DNA from: Candidatus Micrarchaeaceae archaeon | GTDB taxonomy: Archaea; Micrarchaeota; Micrarchaeia; Micrarchaeales; CABMGC01 | Direction: 5' to 3' | Length of the DNA stretch: 44,733 bases | NCBI GenBank assembly: GCA_038877255.1 | Contig: JAVYWZ010000005.1 | Span: forward strand, 1 to 44,733 | In this document: positions 1 through 8,892 of the stretch, in pieces | How positions within the stretch are numbered: the stretch's first letter is position 1 | Layout of the letters: each line of letters opens with the position of its first letter | Translations under genes and position numbers: made by a program | Notes under the pieces: generated by a model | The model's database searches: none | Seen by the model: the letters and a program-made list of their open reading frames with translations, nothing else | Told to the model about the DNA's origin: nothing

Positions 1-606
1 CGTTATGACAAAGAGAGTCTCTTTGTAATAGAAAGAAGAGCTTATTATAAGCACGTATGCAAGTGCGCCAATTACAAGCGCATACATGATTGCCTTGCTC
101 GTCTTTACAGTCAGCATGGTTGCATCGTAGAAGTTGTGCTTCCTTTCCAGGTAGCTTCTGAATACCCTGCCACCATCAGTGGGAAATGCAGGCAGCAGAT
201 TTAGCACTCCTAAAAGTATGTTTATCTCGAACATAAACTGGAAAATTTGCGTTATTATGCCTGGCGGGGTAAATGGCACTAAAACGCCGAATGCCGAACC
301 AATGAATATGCTCATTATGGGCCCAGCAACCGCTATGTTAAATTCTATTTTTGGATTTATGTTTATCTTATCTAGCACAGACAAGCCGCCTATGGGCAAA
401 ATCAGTATTATCTTGCTTACCTTGATCTTGTTGCGAATAGATGTTACTGAGTGAGCAAGCTCGTGGAGCAGTACGCTTACGAGCAATAGAAGCATCAGTA
501 AAAATAGGTACAGGCTTATGAAAAGAAATAGCAGCAGGAATAGAATTGATAGCCAGTGAAGCTCTATGTCTACTCCGAAAATTTTGCCTATCTTTGGTGA
601 TTGCAT
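1..606 (-). CDS. Site-2 protease, peptidase M50 family (3' end runs off the window)
   Basis: Manual minus-strand translation from ATG at 606 gives MQSPKIGKIFGVDIELHW, then the HELAH zinc motif, AIAGP and NLLPAFPTDGGR. The frame is open to base 1. Not in the ORF track. Confidence 0.9.
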   Translation of the reverse strand, partial: MQSPKIGKIFGVDIELHWLSILFLLLFLFISLYLFLLMLLLLVSVLLHELAHSVTSIRNKIKVSKIILILPIGGLSVLDKININPKIEFNIAVAGPIMSIFIGSAFGVLVPFTPPGIITQIFQFMFEINILLGVLNLLPAFPTDGGRVFRSYLERKHNFYDATMLTVKTSKAIMYALVIGALAYVLIISSSFYYKETLFVIT

Positions 607-681
607 GAAAATATTTGGTGCGAAAGGAATAAAAGGCAGAAATACCCCTTTTATTTATTCTTGCTTTTGCAAATCCTAATT

Positions 682-1392
682 ATGAAAATGCTTATTGATG
701 TGCCTGCGCTAGAAATAAACGGCATTATCGCAGCTGGTGATCTGCACATAGGCATAGAGCAGAAGCTTTCGGGCGCAGGTCTCAATTTTCCAGATATCGG
801 CACAAAGCTTGCTGGCAAAATCGTAACCTCTTTTGCATCGTCTAAAGCCAGGGGCGTAGTGCTGCTTGGTGACATAAAAGACGCGATAGGCTGGCCAACA
901 GCAGATGCGTATGCCTCGCTCCAAAAATTTTTCTACGGAATAAGGAATGTTGATGTGCGCATTGCCAATGGCAATCACGATGCGCATTTGCAGGAGCTTC
1001 TCAATAGGATGGGCTATGGCATAAAGGTAGAGCCTGAGGTGCGCATAGGCGACACCACGTTTCTACACGGGAATGCGATGCCAAGCTACGAAGCTATGCA
1101 GGGCGACTATATAGTAGAGGCACATGGCCATCTTGCAGTGAGCATAGCAGGCATAAGAAAAAAGGTCTTTGTAATAGCAGAGATAGGCAATAGCGCCCAT
1201 TTTTCCTATAAGCATTTCAACAAGCGCGCAAAGCTTATACTTGTTCCACCACTAAACCCGCTCATACTTGGAAATGCGATAGACTATTCCACTAAAAAGC
1301 ATCTGCCTATATTCAGGAATGAAATTTTCGACTTTGAAGGCGCAAGGGTGTATGCAGGAGGGCTTCTCGGCAGGGTGCGCGATTTCCTGTAA
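682..1392 (+). CDS. Calcineurin-like metallophosphoesterase
   Basis: GDLHIG, LLGD, GNHD, HG and HGH motifs. Start moved to ATG 682 because 601 overlaps the divergent M50 gene. Confidence 0.85.
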   Translation: MKMLIDVPALEINGIIAAGDLHIGIEQKLSGAGLNFPDIGTKLAGKIVTSFASSKARGVVLLGDIKDAIGWPTADAYASLQKFFYGIRNVDVRIANGNHDAHLQELLNRMGYGIKVEPEVRIGDTTFLHGNAMPSYEAMQGDYIVEAHGHLAVSIAGIRKKVFVIAEIGNSAHFSYKHFNKRAKLILVPPLNPLILGNAIDYSTKKHLPIFRNEIFDFEGARVYAGGLLGRVRDFL

Positions 1393-1398
1393 AAAGCG

Positions 1399-2847
1399 CT
1401 ATGCTGAATTTGGTTTGAATCTTTTCTTTACTTCTTCTATTTCTAAATATATGGCGTTGCTCCAGGCATCGAAACCAGAAGGCTCCTTTGGGTATTTATC
1501 ATAAAGCTCAGTTACTCTCTTCATCTTCCTCACTATGTAAATAAAGTCCTTGAATGCGTTTACGTTTGACAAGCCGCTTATCAGCTTCTGCGCAGCGCCC
1601 AGGATCGATACCTCTGGCACTATTCCGCTGTATGCGAGTTCCTTTGCCTCGTCTGGCGTTATGAAATGTCTTATTCCATAATTAATTCTGTCATTGTTGA
1701 GCGACTGCATATAAACTCTGAATATTTCAAGCGCTGCGCTTTTTCTGCCGTAAAGCTCGTTGAACTGCGTGTTATAATGCCATAAGAAATTCATGTTTAT
1801 GTCGTTTGCAGCTATTGCTTCGCCGGCTATTTTTCCTGCAAGCACTCCGCCTATCATCGCCGGGCCTATGCCACCCCCGCTTATGGGATTTGCCATAGAC
1901 ATAGAATCTCCGGCTCCCATATAGTTTGCGTAAACTAGGCTGTGCTGGTGCCTGCGCACTGAAATAGACCAATAGCCCTTGCCGTTGCCGTCGCTAGTGT
2001 CTATTCTTGTGTTCTTAATTACTTTGTTGTAGGCAATGTAGTCATCTATTAGTTTATGCAGTGTATCGCTCCTGCCAAGCGTCTTGTTATGCTTTTCAAG
2101 GCTTTTCTGGCCTATGCCCACACCTATGTTGACTCTGTTGTTGCTCTTTGGGAACACCCAGCCATAGCCGCCTGGCGCAAGTTCTTGGTTGAGATGTATC
2201 AATGCATTTTTAGGGTCATAAAAATTAGTATCGGTTTCTGCCTGCTCAAACGTGAGTATATACCTGCCTGTCGGCTCAATGTCGTCTGTGCTTATCTCTC
2301 TTTCTATATATTTATTGTTGGAAAGTCTTCGCCTCAGCGTGCTTGCCATTCCCAATGCGTCTATCACTATCTTGCCCTTGATCCTGAATTCCTGCTTTTT
2401 GTCATTCTTGCCGAAAACGCCCTCAATTCTTTCCGAAGAAATTATTGGACCTTCAACTTCGTAACCGGGCCTGTATTCGGCGCCAGCGTGCTGTGCTTCG
2501 CTGAGCAGTTTCTTTGCAAGCTTGGGCCTGTCGAGTGTGAAGCCTTCGCCCTCAAACATGAGCTTGCTCTCTAGGTCTGGGCTAAGCACATAAACGCCAT
2601 CCACTTTGTGGTCTAGCTCTGGTTCAGCAAGCCTAATATCTAACTCTTCAGCGAGGTAGTCAACATGCGATTTAGCAACAGCATCGCCGCATACCCACCC
2701 CCAGTTTGTTTTTTTGCCAACTTCTTCGCTACTGTTCCTATCAAGCAGTAACGTTTTTACTCCGCTTTTCGCAGCAGCAGTTGCCGCAATAGCTCCCGCT
2801 ATCCCTGCCCCTGCGATTATAACATCATACGCTTTTTCATCCTCCAA
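1399..2847 (-). CDS. Geranylgeranyl reductase family FAD-dependent oxidoreductase (DGGGPL reductase-like)
   Basis: GAGIAG Rossmann motif, VCGDAV, PGGYGWVFP, GDS...NPISGGGI. Confidence 0.9.
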   Translation of the reverse strand: MEDEKAYDVIIAGAGIAGAIAATAAAKSGVKTLLLDRNSSEEVGKKTNWGWVCGDAVAKSHVDYLAEELDIRLAEPELDHKVDGVYVLSPDLESKLMFEGEGFTLDRPKLAKKLLSEAQHAGAEYRPGYEVEGPIISSERIEGVFGKNDKKQEFRIKGKIVIDALGMASTLRRRLSNNKYIEREISTDDIEPTGRYILTFEQAETDTNFYDPKNALIHLNQELAPGGYGWVFPKSNNRVNIGVGIGQKSLEKHNKTLGRSDTLHKLIDDYIAYNKVIKNTRIDTSDGNGKGYWSISVRRHQHSLVYANYMGAGDSMSMANPISGGGIGPAMIGGVLAGKIAGEAIAANDINMNFLWHYNTQFNELYGRKSAALEIFRVYMQSLNNDRINYGIRHFITPDEAKELAYSGIVPEVSILGAAQKLISGLSNVNAFKDFIYIVRKMKRVTELYDKYPKEPSGFDAWSNAIYLEIEEVKKRFKPNSA

Positions 2848-2864
2848 GGAATCAGCCGTTGGCT

Positions 2865-3053
2865 TTAATTCTCAGGCTCAGAGCCGTTTCTTATTACAGT
2901 AATCGGTATTATTCCTTCGTCGAACTCAAGCTCTGCAAGCTCTAGTGGTTCCTTAACATCTTTTGGTACTTTTATGAGTGGCGGAGCGCCATACGCTAGC
3001 TGCAAGGCTCTTGCGCCTATTATCCTAGCTTTTTCAAATTTCGTGTATTCCAT
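2865..3053 (-). CDS. rpo6: DNA-directed RNA polymerase subunit Rpo6 (K/omega)
   Basis: YTKFEKARIIGARALQLAYGAP signature. Confidence 0.97.
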   Translation of the reverse strand: MEYTKFEKARIIGARALQLAYGAPPLIKVPKDVKEPLELAELEFDEGIIPITVIRNGSEPEN

Positions 3054-3320
3054 AGTATCACTGAAGCAGCAATAGGAAAACTTTAAGTGATTGTATTACT
3101 TATTAGTAAATCTTTTTATGGGTTTGTGTTATGGGTTCTTGCTGGTAGCTATACAGTAATTCAGCATAGGATGCATGCCTTTACTTGATAGAATTTAGAA
3201 TCTTTTTAGTAAGCATTCTTACGTAATCTTCGGGCTCATTTCATTGTCATTCTACAATACCACGTAGCATAGCAGATAACCGAAGAATGTCTTTTTTATT
3301 AGAGCCGGGATTCTTGCCTT

Positions 3321-3358
3321 AGAAAGTTCCTCAACCTTCAGTTAGGAGAGGATGTCAC
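3321..3358 (+). mobile_element. Orphan IS200/IS605-type right end (degenerate)
   Basis: gaaagttcctcaaccttcagttaggagaggatgtcac: imperfect hairpin ending in GGATGTCAC, which resembles archaeal tnpB-element right ends. Confidence 0.55.
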
Positions 3359-3398
3359 TCGTAAACATATATATTCCTTTTTGCTCTATTTTCACTCG

Positions 3399-3433
3399 AG
3401 AAGCCCACGCCTTTAGGTGTGGGAGGATGTCAT
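3399..3433 (+). mobile_element. Orphan IS200/IS605-type right end
   Basis: agaagcccacgcctttaggtgtgggaggatgtca: CCCACGCC/GGTGTGGG hairpin plus GGATGTCA. Shares GAAGCCCACG with the elements at 6648 and 14877. Confidence 0.7.
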
Positions 3434-3463
3434 AAATATAACTCTTCTTATGCGAGCGATTTA

Positions 3464-4768
3464 TTGCCAAAACTGAAGCGTGCAATAGGACTGCGGGAAG
3501 CACTTGCAATAAATCTTGCAGCGATAATAGGCGCTGGCATATACGTCATAAGCGGCATTGCAGCAGGAATGGCAGGCCCTGCTTCGATAATTGCTGTCCT
3601 TATAAGTGCGGTAGTGTCCATATTCACAGGCTTCAGCTTTGCAGAGCTCGCGCATTCATATGCAAGCGAAGGCGGTAATTACGAGTATTCAAAAGAAGTT
3701 CTCGGCAATTACGCAGGCTTTATCGCAGGCATAATCTGGATCTTTGCCTCGATAGTGAGCGGGTCCGCTATCGCCCTGAGCTTTGCAGGCTATTTCGATG
3801 CGCTATTGGGAATAAAGTTTAGTGAAATAGTTATCGCCATTGTGGTAATAGCTTTGCTTTCTCTCATAAATTATTTTGGAATAAAACGTTCGGCTTCTAC
3901 GGCAACGCTGCTGATAATTATAAATCTTTTTGTTCTGTCCTTTTTTGTAATATTAGGCATGTTCTTCGTAAAAGCTTCAAATTACGTGCCCGTGTTTCCA
4001 AAAGGCATAGCTAGCACCTTTGTTGCTTCTGCCTTTATCTTCTTTGCATATACCGGGTTTGCGCGCGTAACGATGCTTGGCGAGGAAATAAAGGAGCCAA
4101 AGAAGACAATACCTCGTGCCATACTCTACTCTATTGTTATTTCAATGATTATTTATGCAATAGTGATGTTCATACTCATAGGCATAGCACCATACAGCAA
4201 GGTAAGCACTTCTTCCTCGCCACTTGCTGCTGCATTGCTCATTGCAACAAAGAGACCATGGGCAAGCTACATAATATCTGTGGGTGCGCTTCTTGCAACA
4301 TTCGATGTTGATTTGGCTATGATACTTGGTCTATCCCGCGTGCTCTTTGCCATGTCAAGAGACAAAGCAATACCTGCCGTGTTTTCCAGGCTAAACAAGT
4401 ACAGCGTACCTGCTTTTTCAATATTCATAGGAGGCATAGTCATGATGGCGATGCTCGCATTCGCATTCAAGGAAATAGTCGCTATAAGCAATGCTGGATA
4501 TTTGTTTTCCTATGCGCTTGCCAATCTTGCTGCGATAAAGCTTGCCATAGGAATGAGGCACAAGCCAGGCAACATGCTCTTCGGCAAGCACAACTTTTAC
4601 ATGGTGCCTTTGATAGGCCTTATTACAACTCTCGCCCTGCTTTTATTTCTTACAAAGCTAAGCCTTGCCCTGCTTGCTACGTTCCTGCTTATTGTCACTG
4701 CCTATTATTTTCTGTCTGGTAAGCACCGCAGGAGGAGCGCACCACACACTAAGAAGGCAAACTGGTAG
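3464..4768 (+). CDS. APC-family amino acid permease
   Basis: LKRAIGL, AAIIGAGIY, FAYTGF, EEIKEPKKTIPRAI and about 12 TM segments. Start moved to TTG 3464 because GTG 3419 lies inside the IS end. Confidence 0.92.
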   Translation: MPKLKRAIGLREALAINLAAIIGAGIYVISGIAAGMAGPASIIAVLISAVVSIFTGFSFAELAHSYASEGGNYEYSKEVLGNYAGFIAGIIWIFASIVSGSAIALSFAGYFDALLGIKFSEIVIAIVVIALLSLINYFGIKRSASTATLLIIINLFVLSFFVILGMFFVKASNYVPVFPKGIASTFVASAFIFFAYTGFARVTMLGEEIKEPKKTIPRAILYSIVISMIIYAIVMFILIGIAPYSKVSTSSSPLAAALLIATKRPWASYIISVGALLATFDVDLAMILGLSRVLFAMSRDKAIPAVFSRLNKYSVPAFSIFIGGIVMMAMLAFAFKEIVAISNAGYLFSYALANLAAIKLAIGMRHKPGNMLFGKHNFYMVPLIGLITTLALLLFLTKLSLALLATFLLIVTAYYFLSGKHRRRSAPHTKKANW

Positions 4769-4769
4769 T

Positions 4770-5498
4770 TTACCTTATTGCTTCGTATTCTTCTTTAGGC
4801 TTTTTCAGGAAGAAGTAGCGCAGCATGTTGCCTACGTGGTAGCGTGTGAAGCCCAGTATGCCCCACGCCTTTATGCGCCTGACGCTAGTATAAACCACCG
4901 CATTCGGGTAAAATGCTATCTTGCCAATCTTTGCAAGCCGTCTCGAAAGGTCCCAATCTTCATAAGTCTTGAAATTATCATTGAATCCACCGACAGCTTC
5001 GAATGCGTCTCTTTTTACCGCGAAATTCATCCCATTAACACTTGGCCTTCCAAACATTAGCATAAATTTTGCGAAATATACTGATACAAATTTATAGCCC
5101 ATTCTTATGCTTCTGTTTGTGCGTTCAAGAGGCAGTACCGGGCCCGTTGCAGCCACTGTTTTATTATCTGAAAAGGCCTTGAGGTACTCCGCAATTAGCC
5201 CTCTCGAAGGCTTTGTATCTGCATCTAAGAACACAAAGTATTTGCCTTTCGCGATCTTTGCACCTGTGTTTCTCGAATGCGCCGCTCCAGGTTTCAAATC
5301 AGTAACGACTTTTGCGTATCTTTTTGCTATGCTTTTTGTTTTGTCTTTGCTGCCTCCATCTACTACTATGATTTCAAAGTCTTTGTCAATCTGGCGCATA
5401 AGCCCCTGCAATGAGTACTTTATGTATTTTTCTTCATTAAGTGCCGGAATAATGACGCTAAATATTGGTGTATGTTTATTCTTCAAGTAAACTACCAT
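4770..5498 (-). CDS. Glycosyltransferase family 2
   Basis: SVIIPALNEE, VVDGGSKD, FLDAD, EDWDL. The long N-terminal extension in the ORF track overlaps a divergent gene and is not used. Confidence 0.92.
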   Translation of the reverse strand: MVVYLKNKHTPIFSVIIPALNEEKYIKYSLQGLMRQIDKDFEIIVVDGGSKDKTKSIAKRYAKVVTDLKPGAAHSRNTGAKIAKGKYFVFLDADTKPSRGLIAEYLKAFSDNKTVAATGPVLPLERTNRSIRMGYKFVSVYFAKFMLMFGRPSVNGMNFAVKRDAFEAVGGFNDNFKTYEDWDLSRRLAKIGKIAFYPNAVVYTSVRRIKAWGILGFTRYHVGNMLRYFFLKKPKEEYEAIR

Positions 5499-5636
5499 AA
5501 AGCATTGCGCGCCACAATTCAAAAGAGAGCGTGCAGTTGCACATGCATATATTTCCATTATATAGCTATTTATTTTATGCGGCAGAGCGTGTGCAGTCTT
5601 ATTAATTTTATTGTATAAATTAATTTTGGTAGTTTT

Positions 5637-5864
5637 GTGATAGATGCAATAGTTTCTGCGCTTGAAAATGATTCGGTAATAGCAATACCTACTGAAAATG
5701 TTAAACTTGATGCCCTTGTAGGAAAGAATGCCAGTTACACAGATAGCAGCGACAGGAACTGGCCAGGTAAAGTTGTTGCTGTACAAGAGCCTGGCGTAGT
5801 GGTTAAGTTTGATTCGTTTCCTACAGGCCTCGGCCAAGGGCAAATAATGCAGATAGAGTATTGA
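5637..5864 (+). CDS. Small beta-barrel protein, ribosomal eL33/L35Ae-like (divergent, acidic)
   Basis: LVGKNASY...WPGKVVAV..GVVVKF...GLGQGQIMQI resembles the C-terminal two-thirds of L35Ae. Operon-like spacing with the next gene. Confidence 0.5.
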   Translation: MIDAIVSALENDSVIAIPTENVKLDALVGKNASYTDSSDRNWPGKVVAVQEPGVVVKFDSFPTGLGQGQIMQIEY

Positions 5865-5865
5865 A

Positions 5866-6615
5866 ATGGGAATATTTGGCTTGTTTCCTAAACGGCTTTA
5901 CTCAACTGTTGAAAATGGCAACAGACTAGAAATATTCGACAATGGGAAAGAGCGTATCTTCAAGTTCAATGGTCTTACCTATTCAAAAATAAGCAAAAAC
6001 AGCATATTTACACACCAGTATTGGGATTATTTTCTTCCAGCAGCATACGTTTTCCAAAACCCAAGAATACTGCTCATAGGCCTTGGCGCAGGAACTATTC
6101 CGTATGCTCTGCAATCGCTACTTGGAAACGGAGCCAATATAACTGCTGTAGAATCTAGCGAAAAGACCATAGAAATAGCGAAGAGATTTGTGTCTGAAAA
6201 GCGTCTGCCAAATATTGTGCTTGCCGATGGCGCCGATTACATAAAGCACTCAGCAATTTCTGGATTAGACATAATAATGCTTGACGCCTATATAAACTAT
6301 GAAATACCTAAGCAGTTTATCTCAAGCGGGTTCGTGCAAGACGCATATTCTGCATTATATAGCAAAGGCCTTTTGCTTGTGAATTTTGCCGTAGGGTTCA
6401 TGGGCACACTTGCTTATGCAAAATACGTTGCGCTTCTGAAGAGCGCATTCAACGTTTATCGCATATCCACTGCAATAACTGAAAGCAACGTGATAATCTT
6501 GTGCTCTAAGTCACTTGACAAGTCCGAGATCAATGCGCGCATAGCCTCGCGCGTGCCTGCAAATAATGATATGTTGCATCTATTGAGCAATTATCAGAAT
6601 ATGGTGCCAGAATAA
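5866..6615 (+). CDS. Spermidine synthase-like SAM-dependent methyltransferase
   Basis: ILLIGLGAGTI, TAVE, ADGADYI, IMLDAY. Confidence 0.8.
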   Translation: MGIFGLFPKRLYSTVENGNRLEIFDNGKERIFKFNGLTYSKISKNSIFTHQYWDYFLPAAYVFQNPRILLIGLGAGTIPYALQSLLGNGANITAVESSEKTIEIAKRFVSEKRLPNIVLADGADYIKHSAISGLDIIMLDAYINYEIPKQFISSGFVQDAYSALYSKGLLLVNFAVGFMGTLAYAKYVALLKSAFNVYRISTAITESNVIILCSKSLDKSEINARIASRVPANNDMLHLLSNYQNMVPE

Positions 6616-6647
6616 AATTCTTCGCACTGCGCGTTGGTAAAGATACA

Positions 6648-6778
6648 CGTGGGCTTCCTTATCATAGGAAGGCATTTAACGCAATTAATGTCACAAGCCC
6701 TGATGGAAAATGGGCATTTCTATCTCTTCAGTGGCTTATATGCCATTGCCAAAGCACATTGGCTTTACGCCACAACAT
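6648..6778 (-). mobile_element. Miniature IS200/IS605-type element, family A, copy 1 (right end truncated)
   Basis: 130 nt (6648-6777) match 14900-15029 with 2 mismatches. Multiple hairpins. Preceded on the minus strand by TTTAT (6783-6779). Confidence 0.75.
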
Positions 6779-6805
6779 ATAAACTTGACTATTGCAAATA
6801 AAATT

Positions 6806-7897
6806 ATGAACGGAGAGATGATTAAGCTTTATCTTTTCGACTTCTCTTCCGAGTTTCAGCTCGACCAGATAAAGAGCATATTCAAGAATCCAGAGGATTT
6901 TTCAAAGCTCGAGTACAATCTGCCAACTCCCGAAGAGATACCCCAGTTCACGTTGCCGCTGGTTTTTAACATGAAAGACGCAGATGTGCAGATTGGCAAT
7001 GAGAAGTTGCAGGCAAAGGTGCAGGTTGCCATTTTCTCTCCTGGCACTGTATCAATCAGAATAAGAGCTCCTATAACTGATAAAAACGAGGCTTTCTTTG
7101 CTATGCTTGCTTTTAGCTCTGATTTTGAAAGCGCTGCATACAAGCTCGCGCAGCAGGCTAAGAACAAGGTTAAGAACACTATAAGCAAGCAAGTAGCCAT
7201 GAACGAAAGCGAGCTCTTTGAGACATACACCTTTTATTTCATAAACGACACCAAAGCGAGTGTGCTTAATAAAAACAGAGCCCTTATAGCAGGCTTGCTT
7301 GTTAGCGAGCCTAACGCAAGCGGAATCGATAGTGACTACCTGAAAGAAGTGCTGAGCAAAAGCATATCCTATTACAGGGATGATGCATTTTTCGTAGGAT
7401 GGGACGGCGCTGTCCTTATAGACATACTTAAAAACATAGACTATGAGCTGCTAATGGCCGAAATAGCAAACATGCAGCTTCTGAAGTTGAGAATTTACAA
7501 GAAGCGCACCTCAGAAATGCTTGCCAGCACCGGCTTCGATATAGAATCCCTTAGCAGCGCAGGCTTCATGCGTCGCATATTCAGCAAAAAGGCGATCCTT
7601 CTTGGCAATAAGCTCAGTATGTTTTTAGACAGCTTAAATGAAATGCTTAATAGAATAGACAACACTGTTTTCGGACTTGGTGAATGGTACCTGTCAAGAG
7701 TCTATGCCTTATTCTCTAGTGTTTTCAAGCTTAGCGAGCTGCGCGAAGCCGTAGAGAACGATGCAGGCAAGCTAGCAGCAAGGAAATCCATAATTAATGA
7801 GGTGATGGCTGAGCGCAGGAACGACATTCTGGAATTCATAGTCATACTGCTTATAGTTATAGAAGTGCTGCTTGAAACCGCTTACCTATCAAAGTAG
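6806..7897 (+). CDS. Hypothetical protein with C-terminal TM helix (RMD1/DUF155-like)
   Basis: Long ORF ending LEFIVILLIVIEVLL. Start moved to ATG 6806, about 22 nt after TATAAA, since 6710 is inside the repeat. Confidence 0.7.
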   Translation: MNGEMIKLYLFDFSSEFQLDQIKSIFKNPEDFSKLEYNLPTPEEIPQFTLPLVFNMKDADVQIGNEKLQAKVQVAIFSPGTVSIRIRAPITDKNEAFFAMLAFSSDFESAAYKLAQQAKNKVKNTISKQVAMNESELFETYTFYFINDTKASVLNKNRALIAGLLVSEPNASGIDSDYLKEVLSKSISYYRDDAFFVGWDGAVLIDILKNIDYELLMAEIANMQLLKLRIYKKRTSEMLASTGFDIESLSSAGFMRRIFSKKAILLGNKLSMFLDSLNEMLNRIDNTVFGLGEWYLSRVYALFSSVFKLSELREAVENDAGKLAARKSIINEVMAERRNDILEFIVILLIVIEVLLETAYLSK

Positions 7898-7939
7898 CAA
7901 ACGCAAGCATTAAAAAACGTCTATTGTTTATATTGGAGC

Positions 7940-8860
7940 ATGCAAGAAAGCCGCAAAACAGAATTAAGCGTGGTAATACCGACAATAGAGGAGGAGGGTG
8001 TTTTCGACCTCATAAATAGCATAAGAAAGCTCTTCGGTAGCGGAACAGAGATAATAGTAGTCGACAAAAGCAGCGATGCGTATTTCAAAAAGCTGCAAAA
8101 TACAGGTGTGCTCGCTATCAAACAGAGGGGCAGTGGCGTTGAGCGCGCAGTTGCAGAGGGCATGAGATTAGCTCATGGAGAAATAATTGCTACCATAGAC
8201 GGCGATGGCACCCACGAAGTTGATGGCTTGAAAAAGGCAGTAAATATGATAAAAAAAGGCAATGCTGACATCGTGCTGGGCAATAGGCTGGCAGGCCTGC
8301 AGAAGGGTTCTATGACTACTTATGTGCGCATAGGCAATATGCTATTGAGCTGGCTTTTCAGCAAGCTTTACAAGGTCGATGTTCATGATATACTAACAGG
8401 TTTGTTTGCGGTCAGGGCAAGCGCCTTCAATGAGGTAAAAAACATAGAGCCATACAGAGCAGGAGTTGCAACCACTTATGCGATAGAGATGCTTGCAAAG
8501 GGCTACAAGCTTGCCGAAATAAACATAAACTATTACAAGCGCAAGGCAGGCACTTCAAGAATTGCTAAGCACAAAACAGGCTATGCGTTAAATGTTGCCG
8601 CAAACATAATAAGGCAGGTCAGGGACTACAACCCTTTGCTTATTTTCGGCCTATTCGGAATAGTGCTGTTTGTTGCGGGCTTACTTATAGGCATTGCCGT
8701 ACTGCTTAATTTCGCTGCCACGGGCCAGTTTACAGAGGTAGGAAGAGCGCTAATAGCGTTTATGCTTGCAGTTCTTGGCATACTCTCAATTTTTGTAGGC
8801 ATAATTTTGGACCTTCTTCTTGAGGTAGACAAAGAAATCCGAGAGTTAAAAGCCAAATGA
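7940..8860 (+). CDS. GT2 polyprenol-phosphate glycosyltransferase (DPM1/AglD/AglJ-like) with two C-terminal TMs
   Basis: SVVIPT, IVVD, IDGDGTH, DIVLGNR, DILTG. Directly upstream of aglB. Confidence 0.88.
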   Translation: MQESRKTELSVVIPTIEEEGVFDLINSIRKLFGSGTEIIVVDKSSDAYFKKLQNTGVLAIKQRGSGVERAVAEGMRLAHGEIIATIDGDGTHEVDGLKKAVNMIKKGNADIVLGNRLAGLQKGSMTTYVRIGNMLLSWLFSKLYKVDVHDILTGLFAVRASAFNEVKNIEPYRAGVATTYAIEMLAKGYKLAEININYYKRKAGTSRIAKHKTGYALNVAANIIRQVRDYNPLLIFGLFGIVLFVAGLLIGIAVLLNFAATGQFTEVGRALIAFMLAVLGILSIFVGIILDLLLEVDKEIRELKAK

Positions 8861-8892
8861 TTAGACACGTATTTATAATTAATTGACTAAAT

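Noticed and set aside
6710..6805. N-terminal extension of the 395-aa ORF
   Set aside because: The ATG lies inside the family A mini-element. The TATA-to-ATG spacing favours 6806.
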